A program made the position numbers and the translations under genes. Shown in pieces: positions 1 through 7,427 of a DNA stretch of 25,640 bases. Position 1 is the stretch's first letter. Each line of letters starts with the position of its first letter. The notes beneath the pieces were generated by a model. The model saw only the letters and a list, made by a program, of their open reading frames with translations, was not told the DNA's origin and searched no databases. Source of the stretch: a virus (lineage: Duplodnaviria; Caudoviricetes); the IMG/VR virus record IMGVR_UViG_3300025600_000044, positions 1 through 25,640 of that record; one strand, given 5' to 3'.

Positions 1-1
1 A

Positions 2-613
2 ACGGATCCGGAAGAAGTTGAAACCATCGAAGCCGACATAATCCAATCTGAACCAGAAGAACTACCGGGTCCAGTATTTTCAGCGGAGCATCATTTGAGA
101 GAGGCAATCCAAAGAGAAGAGGAACAACTCAATCAACTAGGAGAAACATGGAAGAGAAAACAACCGGATACATTTCTGAAACATGAAACAATATTGATTG
201 CACTTAAACTGTTTTTGACCGATATGGAATATCCTGTTCCGGAGGTTACTAAAACAATCCAACCAGAGTTACAGGGTTTAAAAAATAACGATCAGCGTAA
301 AGCTTTTTTAGATGCTTACGAGACTTGGCCAATCTGGATTAATCAGAAAGAAACCAACGAGAAATATTACCGGTATGATTTTACTAATGGAGACAGTTTC
401 GTAGTCAAAGTAAGTCTGTATCATCCATGGGAAAGCAAAGGTTATTCCAAAGATACCAAATATGGATGCGAAGAATATTATATGCTGGGCGTCAAAGCCA
501 ATTACTCTCAATCGGGTACCGTGTTCAAAAAAGATGCTTCAGTTACATTCTCGGAAAGCAAAACAAATAAATCATCCCTAATTGACTATCTCAAAGAAAT
601 CCAAAAGAAATGA
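2..613 (+). CDS. Phage protein, 5'-truncated by the window edge
   Basis: The frame of ORF 95..613 is open back to position 2 (TDPEEVETIEADIIQSEPEELPGP...), so the true start is upstream. Confidence 0.8.
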   Translation, partial: TDPEEVETIEADIIQSEPEELPGPVFSAEHHLREAIQREEEQLNQLGETWKRKQPDTFLKHETILIALKLFLTDMEYPVPEVTKTIQPELQGLKNNDQRKAFLDAYETWPIWINQKETNEKYYRYDFTNGDSFVVKVSLYHPWESKGYSKDTKYGCEEYYMLGVKANYSQSGTVFKKDASVTFSESKTNKSSLIDYLKEIQKK

Positions 614-620
614 GGCGCTC

Positions 621-806
621 ATGGATTACGATAAGAAATTAATTCTAAAAGCCAAAGGATCTCTATGTAAGATTTGTCAAGATTACATAACCGAAACCGA
701 AGCAGCCAATCAAGAATTTCAATCAACCAAAACGAGTCGGGGGGGGTACATCTTCGTACACTCCCGGTGCTGGGTCAACCAGAAGAAAGGTGGTACCAAT
801 GAATAA
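621..806 (+). CDS. Small putative zinc-binding protein
   Basis: GAGG SD at 612-615, ATG 621; CKIC...HSRC motif. Confidence 0.7.
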   Translation: MDYDKKLILKAKGSLCKICQDYITETEAANQEFQSTKTSRGGYIFVHSRCWVNQKKGGTNE

Positions 807-981
807 TCCTAACATAACAATCTTCGCAGAGAATAAACTACTACCAGCCAACAAGGGCTATGAGAGTTTTGTATTTCGTCCGGTGCTAATTTTAGACGGA
901 ACCGTCACTAACATGAGAACGGAGGCTAAGCGCAATGGGAAGTACACTAAATCCACACAACAACAAAGAAGGCTATCCTGA
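799..981 (+). CDS. Hypothetical phage protein
   Basis: AAGGTGG SD, ATG 799 overlapping the end of the previous ORF. Confidence 0.5.
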   Translation: MNNPNITIFAENKLLPANKGYESFVFRPVLILDGTVTNMRTEAKRNGKYTKSTQQQRRLS

Positions 982-1150
982 TCCAACTGCAAGCAAGGCT
1001 ATCCGTCAAGCAATCAAGTCTGATGTGGAGCTGGATAATAAAGCCTTTCAGATTGTGGGCATGATAAAAAGTATGGTTGGGTTATGTGGGTTTGAGATTG
1101 TTGGGAGAGTTGGAATAAGGGATAAGAAGAGTGGGAGGGAATATCGGTGA
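935..1150 (+). CDS. Conserved small clostridial phage protein
   Basis: GGAGG SD; NKEGYPDPTA and terminal IRDKKSGREYR motifs of the kind seen in Bacillota phage accessory ORFs. Confidence 0.75.
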   Translation: MGSTLNPHNNKEGYPDPTASKAIRQAIKSDVELDNKAFQIVGMIKSMVGLCGFEIVGRVGIRDKKSGREYR

Positions 1151-1332
1151 TAGGAGCAATTGAGTTTTTACGCAAGGCAAAGGAAATTTAAGATACATCA
1201 AATGATCCATACGATATAACTTATCTGGTTATTGATTATATTAACGAAAAGGCAAATGCGCTGTCGGAAGCAGACCTAGTAGCTAAGGTAATGGCTTATG
1301 AGATTAAGGAGTGTAACGATGGGAACAATTGA
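1147..1332 (+). pseudogene. Small phage ORF interrupted by an in-frame TAA at 1189-1191
   Basis: GGGAGG SD, GTG 1147 in a GTGA overlap; reads MIGAIEFLRKAKEI*DTSNDPYD...KECNDGNN* and ends overlapping the next gene. Confidence 0.6.
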
Positions 1333-1729
1333 GAAGATAGATAAAGAGATAGACAATATAACGAATGAATGTAAAGCATATAAAGGAATAAGTAAGCGAG
1401 AAGTGGCATTATGCTCAATGGCAAAAATTAATATGGCTAATGAAATAAAGCAGATTATCCTATCCGAGCAAAATATAACTCCTTGCTACGTTCCGTCTGA
1501 TTGCGAATACAGGGAAAACAAAAAATGTTTAATGGATGGTCCTTGTTGCTATCAGAATAAGCCAAAAACCAAAGGGGATAAAATTCGAGAGAGCAACGAG
1601 AGTTTGGCTGAATGGTATTCAAGGAAAATAGACTTTTATGCAATTGGAGAGCCCATAATTGTAAATCAGTTAAACAAAGAAAAATTCTTAAATTATATTA
1701 ATCAACCACAGGAGGATAAAAATGAATGA
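1319..1729 (+). CDS. Hypothetical Cys-rich phage protein
   Basis: AAGGAG SD at 1306-1311 favours ATG 1319; TKGDKIRESNESLAEW motif. Confidence 0.7.
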   Translation: MGTIEKIDKEIDNITNECKAYKGISKREVALCSMAKINMANEIKQIILSEQNITPCYVPSDCEYRENKKCLMDGPCCYQNKPKTKGDKIRESNESLAEWYSRKIDFYAIGEPIIVNQLNKEKFLNYINQPQEDKNE

Positions 1730-2018
1730 TTTGATATCAAGGCAAGCGCTGATAAGAATGTTTAATTGCAACGGACTATGTGGCAACTCACCGGAAGAAG
1801 ATAAGGCAGAGGCTATTGAGTTTATTAAAATGCAACCAACAGCCTATGATATGCATAAAGTTACGGACAAGATAAACCATTATAAGAAAATTATGCAAAA
1901 TAACTATGATGAAAGTAAGTCATTGCAAGACAAAGAAGCCGAGAACTATTATAGAGGACGGATGAGTGCGTCCGTAGACATATTAGAAATAGTAAAAGGT
2001 GGTGGAATAGATGAATGA
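1722..2018 (+). CDS. Hypothetical phage protein (MNDLISRQAL type)
   Basis: GGAGG SD; N-terminal DLISRQAL and QPTAYD motifs. Confidence 0.75.
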   Translation: MNDLISRQALIRMFNCNGLCGNSPEEDKAEAIEFIKMQPTAYDMHKVTDKINHYKKIMQNNYDESKSLQDKEAENYYRGRMSASVDILEIVKGGGIDE

Positions 2019-2367
2019 TATAGAAAAAGCAATTGATGATTTAGAGGATTTAAAAGACTGTGAATCTCTTAGTAGTAATTATTTTAAGGAGATACACGGT
2101 AAAAACTTAGAATTAGCAATATCAGCATTAGAAAAGCAATTAACCAACGGCTGGATACCAGCAAGCACACCACCAGAAGAAGACGGTACATACATAGTTG
2201 CATGGTTGCCATTAGGTTGTAAATCACTATGTGAATATCCTCACTATTATGGACTGTTTACACTTTCAGACGGAAAATTTGAAGTAGATGTGCCAGAAGC
2301 ATTTAAGGGAAATAAGATTATTATATTAGCATGGCAATCTCTTCCCGAGTCATACAAAGCAAATTAA
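2011..2367 (+). CDS. DUF551-like domain protein
   Basis: WIPASTPPEEDGTY...ILAWQSLPESY pattern. Confidence 0.7.
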   Translation: MNDIEKAIDDLEDLKDCESLSSNYFKEIHGKNLELAISALEKQLTNGWIPASTPPEEDGTYIVAWLPLGCKSLCEYPHYYGLFTLSDGKFEVDVPEAFKGNKIIILAWQSLPESYKAN

Positions 2368-2376
2368 TTTATCAAT

Positions 2377-2706
2377 GGTAACTGTAAATTAGACTTAACG
2401 GAGGTAATTAGATGGTAAATAGTGAGATTTATAAAAATGTTACATACGAACAAATATCAAACATGAAACACGCAATCGGATTTGATAATAGAAAGGTAAG
2501 TGGAACAAAGCGTCGCAAGTATGAGCCATATAGAAATTATTATGATGCAGGTGTAAACGATATTCCTTCTTGGGAGCAATTAGTCTCTATTGGTTTTGCT
2601 GAAAAATGGAACGGAAATTGGTATCGTGTTTCTGACGATGGAAGAGAGTTTTTAAGGATTGTCATGGGAGTGGAAATATTACCAGAGAGTAGGTAACTGT
2701 AAATTA
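2377..2706 (+). repeat. 15-bp direct repeat GGTAACTGTAAATTA at 2377-2391 and 2692-2706
   Basis: Two exact copies bracketing ORF 2412..2696. Confidence 0.85.
2412..2696 (+). CDS. Hypothetical phage protein, possibly winged-helix-like
   Basis: GGAGG SD; MKHAIG...YRNYY...WEQLVSIGFA...YRVSDDG pattern. Confidence 0.75.
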   Translation: MVNSEIYKNVTYEQISNMKHAIGFDNRKVSGTKRRKYEPYRNYYDAGVNDIPSWEQLVSIGFAEKWNGNWYRVSDDGREFLRIVMGVEILPESR

Positions 2707-2720
2707 AGACAGGAGGGTAT

Positions 2721-2900
2721 ATGGCAAGATTTGAAGACGAAGTATTATACGGAATTAGTATTGATGGCAATCAGCCTGGCGTGTGGGACGAAAACTATCC
2801 GTCACAAAAGGAAATAGATTTTTATTCTGCACCACAATATAAAAGCATTGAGGTTATAGAAAAAGATGTAACGTATGAGAACGTCGCAAAGATTAGATAA
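2721..2900 (+). CDS. 59-aa hypothetical protein (not in ORF track)
   Basis: AGGAGG SD at 2711-2716; MARFEDEVLYGIS...ENVAKIR*. Confidence 0.7.
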   Translation: MARFEDEVLYGISIDGNQPGVWDENYPSQKEIDFYSAPQYKSIEVIEKDVTYENVAKIR

Positions 2901-2930
2901 TTTGATTTATCAAGAAAGGAGATAAAGGAC

Positions 2931-3068
2931 ATGAAAGAAATATATTCTCTTATATATCAATTAATTGTAGTCATAGCAATGTTTGTATCGGCGTACCACG
3001 GAGATGTTGCATCAACAATAGCATTTGGGGTTTTGGCAATTTTAATTAAGGATTCAGAAAGGAGTTAA
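2931..3068 (+). CDS. 45-aa membrane protein (not in ORF track)
   Basis: MKEIYSLIYQLIVVIAMFVSAYHGDVASTIAFGVLAILIKDSERS*; two hydrophobic segments; AAGGA SD. Confidence 0.6.
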   Translation: MKEIYSLIYQLIVVIAMFVSAYHGDVASTIAFGVLAILIKDSERS

Positions 3069-3074
3069 AGGATA

Positions 3075-3350
3075 ATGGGAAATCTAAGAATTGCAATAAT
3101 AGGAAATGCCAGGCAAGGAAGATCAACGCTAAGAGAAACTGTATTGTCAGAGATGGTAAGGAACAGCGAGGAACTGAAGCTATTACAAGATTATATGGAT
3201 ACTGGGATAGAACCATACCAAATAGAATTAATCCAAGAGGATAATAAATTTCTACAGACACAAAACAAGGAATACAGAGAAGAAATATTTAAGCTCCGTG
3301 ATTGGATAGACAAAAATATAAACGATGCCCACAGAGAGGTTAGCCTATGA
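3075..3350 (+). CDS. Hypothetical phage protein
   Basis: SD present; LQDYMDTGIEP motif and coiled-coil-like C-terminus. Confidence 0.7.
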   Translation: MGNLRIAIIGNARQGRSTLRETVLSEMVRNSEELKLLQDYMDTGIEPYQIELIQEDNKFLQTQNKEYREEIFKLRDWIDKNINDAHREVSL

Positions 3351-3631
3351 GTGCAAAGGATAAGGCGTTTGAATCCGAGCGAGCAAAATATCGTCAGAAG
3401 ATAAGAGCTCTTGAATTAGACAACCACAAAGCTCTCGAGAGAGAATATTTAACACGTGAAGAGCTGTGGAAATTACAAGATGAAATCCGAAGCAAAGATG
3501 AATATATCAACCGTCTATTGGAATACATGGATTATCAGCCCGAGGAACGTGTACGCAAAATAGCATCAGATAAAGCAATGTCAAGTCTATTGGTGATGGA
3601 GTCCATAATAGGGAGGAGTTGGAAGCTATGA
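3347..3631 (+). CDS. Coiled-coil phage protein
   Basis: ATGA overlap, GAGG SD. Confidence 0.7.
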   Translation: MSAKDKAFESERAKYRQKIRALELDNHKALEREYLTREELWKLQDEIRSKDEYINRLLEYMDYQPEERVRKIASDKAMSSLLVMESIIGRSWKL

Positions 3632-3744
3632 TTACATTTATTATTGGATTAATCGTCGGACTATTTATAGGAGCAGCAATCGGATTCATAGGGGCTGCGT
3701 TTTGTGCGGCAGCAAAGGAAAGGGATAAGGGGATAGATGAATGA
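3628..3744 (+). CDS. 38-aa single-TM protein, DUF3789-like (not in ORF track)
   Basis: GGAGG SD, ATGA overlaps at both ends; MITFIIGLIVGLFIGAAIGFIGAAFCAAAKERDKGIDE*. Confidence 0.7.
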   Translation: MITFIIGLIVGLFIGAAIGFIGAAFCAAAKERDKGIDE

Positions 3745-4400
3745 ATAATAAAGCATTACTAGAACAGGCAGATTATAAAATATCTGAAGCCGAAAAGATA
3801 AAGTGGGCAAAGCAAAGTATTGAAGACCTGGAGAGACTGATTAGGATATCGGAAGACAATACTTATGATTTGAGATATTGCGGAGAGTATGATCTTCCAT
3901 TGGAACAAAGTCTCAATGCAGATAACTATAAAGATTTAAAGCAAATCTTAAAAAGAACCTTTGAAAGATATGCATTAGTCCAGACGGTTAAATTAGAACA
4001 GCTACTTGGAATTAAGCCAATGATACTTATTCCGGAATTCGAAGCAGCCGTGATAGATATGGAGCAATCTGCAGTAATAAACAAGATAGACCCGGTAGAA
4101 GAAAAACTCACCAAAATCCTCGACCGGAACGAACAAGAAATCACTCACAATCCAAATAAGGAAGTTGACTCCAGGAAGAAAGACGGCCGAAGAAAATACC
4201 CACCTCAAATGACCATTGAGGAAGTAAAGAGATTGTATATCACGGAAAATAAATCTATGAGTGAGCTGGCAGAATATTTCGAAGTGAAGAGCTCCACAGT
4301 AAACAATTTCATCTACCTGAATCACTTAGGCCGAAGAGCTGCACGAAAGAAAGATAAGCCATCTGATGATGGGGTGTCTGCCAGGCAAAGCAAAATTTAA
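3741..4400 (+). CDS. Phage protein with C-terminal HTH
   Basis: LYITENKSMSELAEYFEVKSSTVNNFI is HTH-like. Confidence 0.7.
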   Translation: MNNKALLEQADYKISEAEKIKWAKQSIEDLERLIRISEDNTYDLRYCGEYDLPLEQSLNADNYKDLKQILKRTFERYALVQTVKLEQLLGIKPMILIPEFEAAVIDMEQSAVINKIDPVEEKLTKILDRNEQEITHNPNKEVDSRKKDGRRKYPPQMTIEEVKRLYITENKSMSELAEYFEVKSSTVNNFIYLNHLGRRAARKKDKPSDDGVSARQSKI

Positions 4401-4653
4401 AGCTTTCTCTGGTATGACTACAGAACTGAGCAGATCGGAAATGAGATCCCATGGAGTAGATGCCAATCATGAGATATGCGGGGTATGTAGTAAGGATATA
4501 TATTTTACTTACTGTATGACTCGAAGTGATTATGTATATAAAAAAGTAGTAAATGGTAAAACGATATATTACTGTGGATACAATCATTTTAGATCGGATA
4601 AGCCTGAGGATAAGCCTAAGAGTAAGTTTAAGGAAAAGGGGGTGAGAGAGTGA
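4366..4653 (+). CDS. Small putative metal-binding protein; start uncertain
   Basis: CGVC...YYCGYNH, TRASH/YHS-like spacing; GTGA-coupled to the next gene. Confidence 0.65.
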   Translation: MMGCLPGKAKFKAFSGMTTELSRSEMRSHGVDANHEICGVCSKDIYFTYCMTRSDYVYKKVVNGKTIYYCGYNHFRSDKPEDKPKSKFKEKGVRE

Positions 4654-5081
4654 CTGAATGTGAATTAAACCAGTATAGAAAATTGATTCGCGAAGCAGAG
4701 GATTTGCAGAATCGTATAAATAAACTATATGATAAAGACATCGATACGACTCATAGCACAGTTCGTGGATCCTCGAAAAGCTTTCCATTCATTGAATTTC
4801 ATTTTGGAGTTTGGGTTGATGATCCAGAACAGGTTGCTGATCGGGATAAGATGATAGCAATTTATCAGGACAGGCTTAAGTATGCAAGAAGTGAGGCCAT
4901 GAAGATTGAACAGTTTATCAAGAATATTCCGGATAGTGAGTTGCGGCAGATTTTTGAATATAGGTATGTAGATGGTAAGAAACTGTGGGAGATTGCTGGA
5001 TTAATAAACATGGATCGAAGCAGTATAGGAAAGAAAATTAATAGCTGTATAAACTTTCCCCCAATTCCCCAAAATAGTTGA
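4650..5081 (+). CDS. RinA/ArpU-family late transcription activator (sigma-4-like HTH)
   Basis: LNQYRKL...IPDSELRQIFEYRYVDGKKLWEIAGLINMDRSSI; last gene before the packaging module. Confidence 0.85.
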   Translation: MTECELNQYRKLIREAEDLQNRINKLYDKDIDTTHSTVRGSSKSFPFIEFHFGVWVDDPEQVADRDKMIAIYQDRLKYARSEAMKIEQFIKNIPDSELRQIFEYRYVDGKKLWEIAGLINMDRSSIGKKINSCINFPPIPQNS

Positions 5082-5087
5082 TAAAAT
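5056..5087 (+). promoter_or_regulatory. Probable late promoter: TTCCCC(C)AA tandem repeat plus extended -10
   Basis: Repeats at 5056-5064 and 5065-5072 in the activator's 3' end; TG-A-TAAAAT at 5079-5087; no -35. RinA-type layout. Confidence 0.6.
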
Positions 5088-5240
5088 TTAAGATGCAAGA
5101 GATTACAAAAACCTCCGTTGGCTGTTTGGTATCAAAGCCGGCAGCTGATTAGCCTAACGGCTGAATGGGTGTATTACTGCTTAGTAGACCACAAAAGTAA
5201 GCAGAGGCTGCCATGTGCCTACTTCAATAAACATGGCATA

Positions 5241-5317
5241 TGGACTAATAGTTTAACTGGTAAAACAGCAAACAAAATCCTAGGTAGCAGATAACGGTTC
5301 GAATCCGCAAAGTCCAA
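5241..5317 (+). pseudogene. Degenerate tRNA or tRNA-like element, no assignable anticodon
   Basis: Acceptor TGGACT/AGTCCA; D arm TA-GTTT-AACTGGTA-AAAC; T arm CGG-TTCGAAT-CCG; anticodon arm 21 nt and poorly paired; no CCA after the discriminator. Confidence 0.7.
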
Positions 5318-5507
5318 GAGGCGATTTTCTTCATACTTCTTTGTTCGGCCTTTCCCGAAAAGAAAGTGTTGGTTTGATTTATGCCACTAATAAATCTGGT
5401 TAGCCTTTGCATCAAATGATTTTCGCATGACCACATCATGGGAAACAACGTTTAATATCAGAGCCAATATGGCCATAAGATAATTCAAGACCTGTGAGAG
5501 CTCAGGC

Positions 5508-5540
5508 AAGGCATTCATCAAATGATGGGTGCCTTTTTAT
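5508..5540 (+). terminator. Intrinsic terminator upstream of terS
   Basis: AAGGCATTCATC-AAAT-GATGGGTGCCTT followed by TTTAT. Confidence 0.8.
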
Positions 5541-5613
5541 GTAGTTGTAGATGAATAGTAGATAAATATTCAATCATAGATGAATTATAAACAATGAATA
5601 GAGGTGAGCATTA

Positions 5614-6177
5614 ATGTTAACTGATAAACAGAAATTATTTGCAGATGAATATCTAATAGACCTTAATGCCACCAGAGCATATAAAGAGGTTTACAAGAGC
5701 TGTAAGAAGGATGAAACCGCCGCTGCAGCAAGCGCAAGAATGTTAAGAAATGTTAAGGTTGCAGCTTATATCCAAGAACGAATGAGAGATCGTTCCAAGC
5801 GTACAGAAATAACTCAGGATTGGGTACTAAATGAGTTGTTTGCCATAGCTAAAGCAAAAGGTACTGACTTCGCCCAAATCGTTGAAGAAAAAATAATTGT
5901 ACATGGTCAATACGTAATAGATCCGGATACAGGTCAGATGAAAACTCAAGAGGTAGTCAAAATAACTCCTACTGATAAACTTCCAGAGGATAAGCAAAAA
6001 GCCATTGCCGGTATTAAAGAAGGTAAATACGGCATCGAAGTAAGCACCTGCGATAAGGTAAAAGCACTGGAGCTCCTTGGCAAGCACCTGGGTATGTTCT
6101 CAGATACCCTAAAACTCAAAGGTGATGCGAATACCGAAATCACTATTAAAATAGGTGGTGAGGACTATGGCGATTAA
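5614..6177 (+). CDS. terS: Terminase small subunit
   Basis: LTDKQKLFADEYLIDLNATRAY...ASARMLRNVKV...DKVKALELLGKHLGMF. Confidence 0.95.
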   Translation: MLTDKQKLFADEYLIDLNATRAYKEVYKSCKKDETAAAASARMLRNVKVAAYIQERMRDRSKRTEITQDWVLNELFAIAKAKGTDFAQIVEEKIIVHGQYVIDPDTGQMKTQEVVKITPTDKLPEDKQKAIAGIKEGKYGIEVSTCDKVKALELLGKHLGMFSDTLKLKGDANTEITIKIGGEDYGD

Positions 6178-7408
6178 CCTCGATATAGATCCAAAGGTAT
6201 TCAATGCGATATATTTAAAATATCAATTTAATAATAACAACCGCTATCAGATTTACTTTGGAGGATCCTCTTCGGGTAAGTCTTTTTCTTTGGCCCAAAG
6301 AACCGTATTAGATGTGTTGGATGGTAAGAGGAATTATCTAGTCGTGAGAAATGTTCAATCCACGATTAAACGGTCGGTACTCAATGAGATCACCAAGGCC
6401 ATTAACGCATTCGGATTACGAGAGTATTTTAATATTAACAAAACGGATATGATCATCACCTGCAATCTCAACCAGAAACAAATTTTGTTCTGTGGCCTGG
6501 ATGATGTTGAAAAGGTAAAGTCAATCACTCCGATTGATGGAGTTATCACTGATATATGGGTAGAGGAAGCAACAGAGTGCGAATATAAGGATATTAAGCA
6601 GCTGGACAAGCGTCTCAGAGGTCGTTCCAGTGTAATTAAGCGATTGACATTATCATTCAATCCAATCCTTAAAGATCATTGGCTGTTCACTGAATACTTT
6701 GGCATATGGGAAGACAATAAGCAGTATGTTGAGAAAGATAATGTATCAATTCTTAAAACGACATACAAAGATAACAACTTCCTTACTCCGGATGATATAG
6801 CGGCGCTGGAGAATGAAACAGATAAGTACTACTACGAAGTTTATACCCTGGGTAACTGGGGAACACTTGGAGCAGTAATATTTAAGAATTGGAGAGTTGA
6901 AGACTTTACCGATATCGAAAAGACGTTTGACAATTATCGTCATGGTGTCGATTGGGGCTTTGCGGATGATCCGTTCGCTTATTTGAAAGTAAACTATGAT
7001 AAGATGCGAAAGCGATTATATGTATGTGATGAAATCGAAGCTATTGGGCTGCTCAACAGTGAATCTGCTCCGATGGTAAAGGATAAGGCAGGGCGCGACA
7101 GGGTAACATGCGACTGCGCAGAGCCGAAGTCAGTTGCAGAGTATAAATCTTTGGGTATCAATGCGAAGGGTGCCAAGAAAGGCCAAGGAAGTGTTGAGTA
7201 TGGTATTAAATTCTTGCAAGGATTAGAGATCATTATTCATCCTAGATGTAAATGCTTTAAGGCTGAGATTAACAAGTATAAATACAAAGAAGATAAGAAC
7301 GGCAACGTGCTTCCTGTTCCGGTGGATAAGGATAACCATTTAATCGATGCATTACGCTATGAGATGGAAGATGATATGAAACAGTCCAGCATTAAAGTAT
7401 TCAAATAA
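6167..7408 (+). CDS. terL: Terminase large subunit, PBSX (headful) family
   Basis: Walker A GGSSSGKS, Walker B IWVEEA, LSFNP, nuclease GVDWG...DNHLIDALRY; ATG 6167 follows GGTGGTGAGG. Confidence 0.96.
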   Translation: MAINLDIDPKVFNAIYLKYQFNNNNRYQIYFGGSSSGKSFSLAQRTVLDVLDGKRNYLVVRNVQSTIKRSVLNEITKAINAFGLREYFNINKTDMIITCNLNQKQILFCGLDDVEKVKSITPIDGVITDIWVEEATECEYKDIKQLDKRLRGRSSVIKRLTLSFNPILKDHWLFTEYFGIWEDNKQYVEKDNVSILKTTYKDNNFLTPDDIAALENETDKYYYEVYTLGNWGTLGAVIFKNWRVEDFTDIEKTFDNYRHGVDWGFADDPFAYLKVNYDKMRKRLYVCDEIEAIGLLNSESAPMVKDKAGRDRVTCDCAEPKSVAEYKSLGINAKGAKKGQGSVEYGIKFLQGLEIIIHPRCKCFKAEINKYKYKEDKNGNVLPVPVDKDNHLIDALRYEMEDDMKQSSIKVFK

Positions 7409-7427
7409 ATAAAAACGAGGTGAAAAC

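Larger units (their letters stand above)
5115..5540 (+). ncRNA. Putative structured non-coding RNA or late-operon leader
   Basis: About eight back-to-back stem-loops plus a tRNA-like domain and a terminator; no credible + strand ORF. Confidence 0.5.

Noticed and set aside
5268-5288. Suppressor tRNA (CTA in the anticodon region) or stop-codon recoding
   Set aside because: No canonical 5-bp stem, 7-nt loop or U33; structural genes are intact in the standard code.
5101-5410. Self-cleaving ribozyme (hammerhead, twister, pistol, HDV/theta) near the tRNA-like element
   Set aside because: I could not place the conserved cores by eye; CTGATTAG is not CUGANGA. A covariance search is needed to exclude it fully.
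5245-5448. 67-aa minus-strand ORF across the leader
   Set aside because: No clear SD, implausible protein; overlaps the tRNA-like and hairpin structures.
1196-5527. CATCAAATGAT at 1196, 5410 and 5517
   Set aside because: Unrelated contexts in AT-rich DNA and no consistent position relative to promoters.
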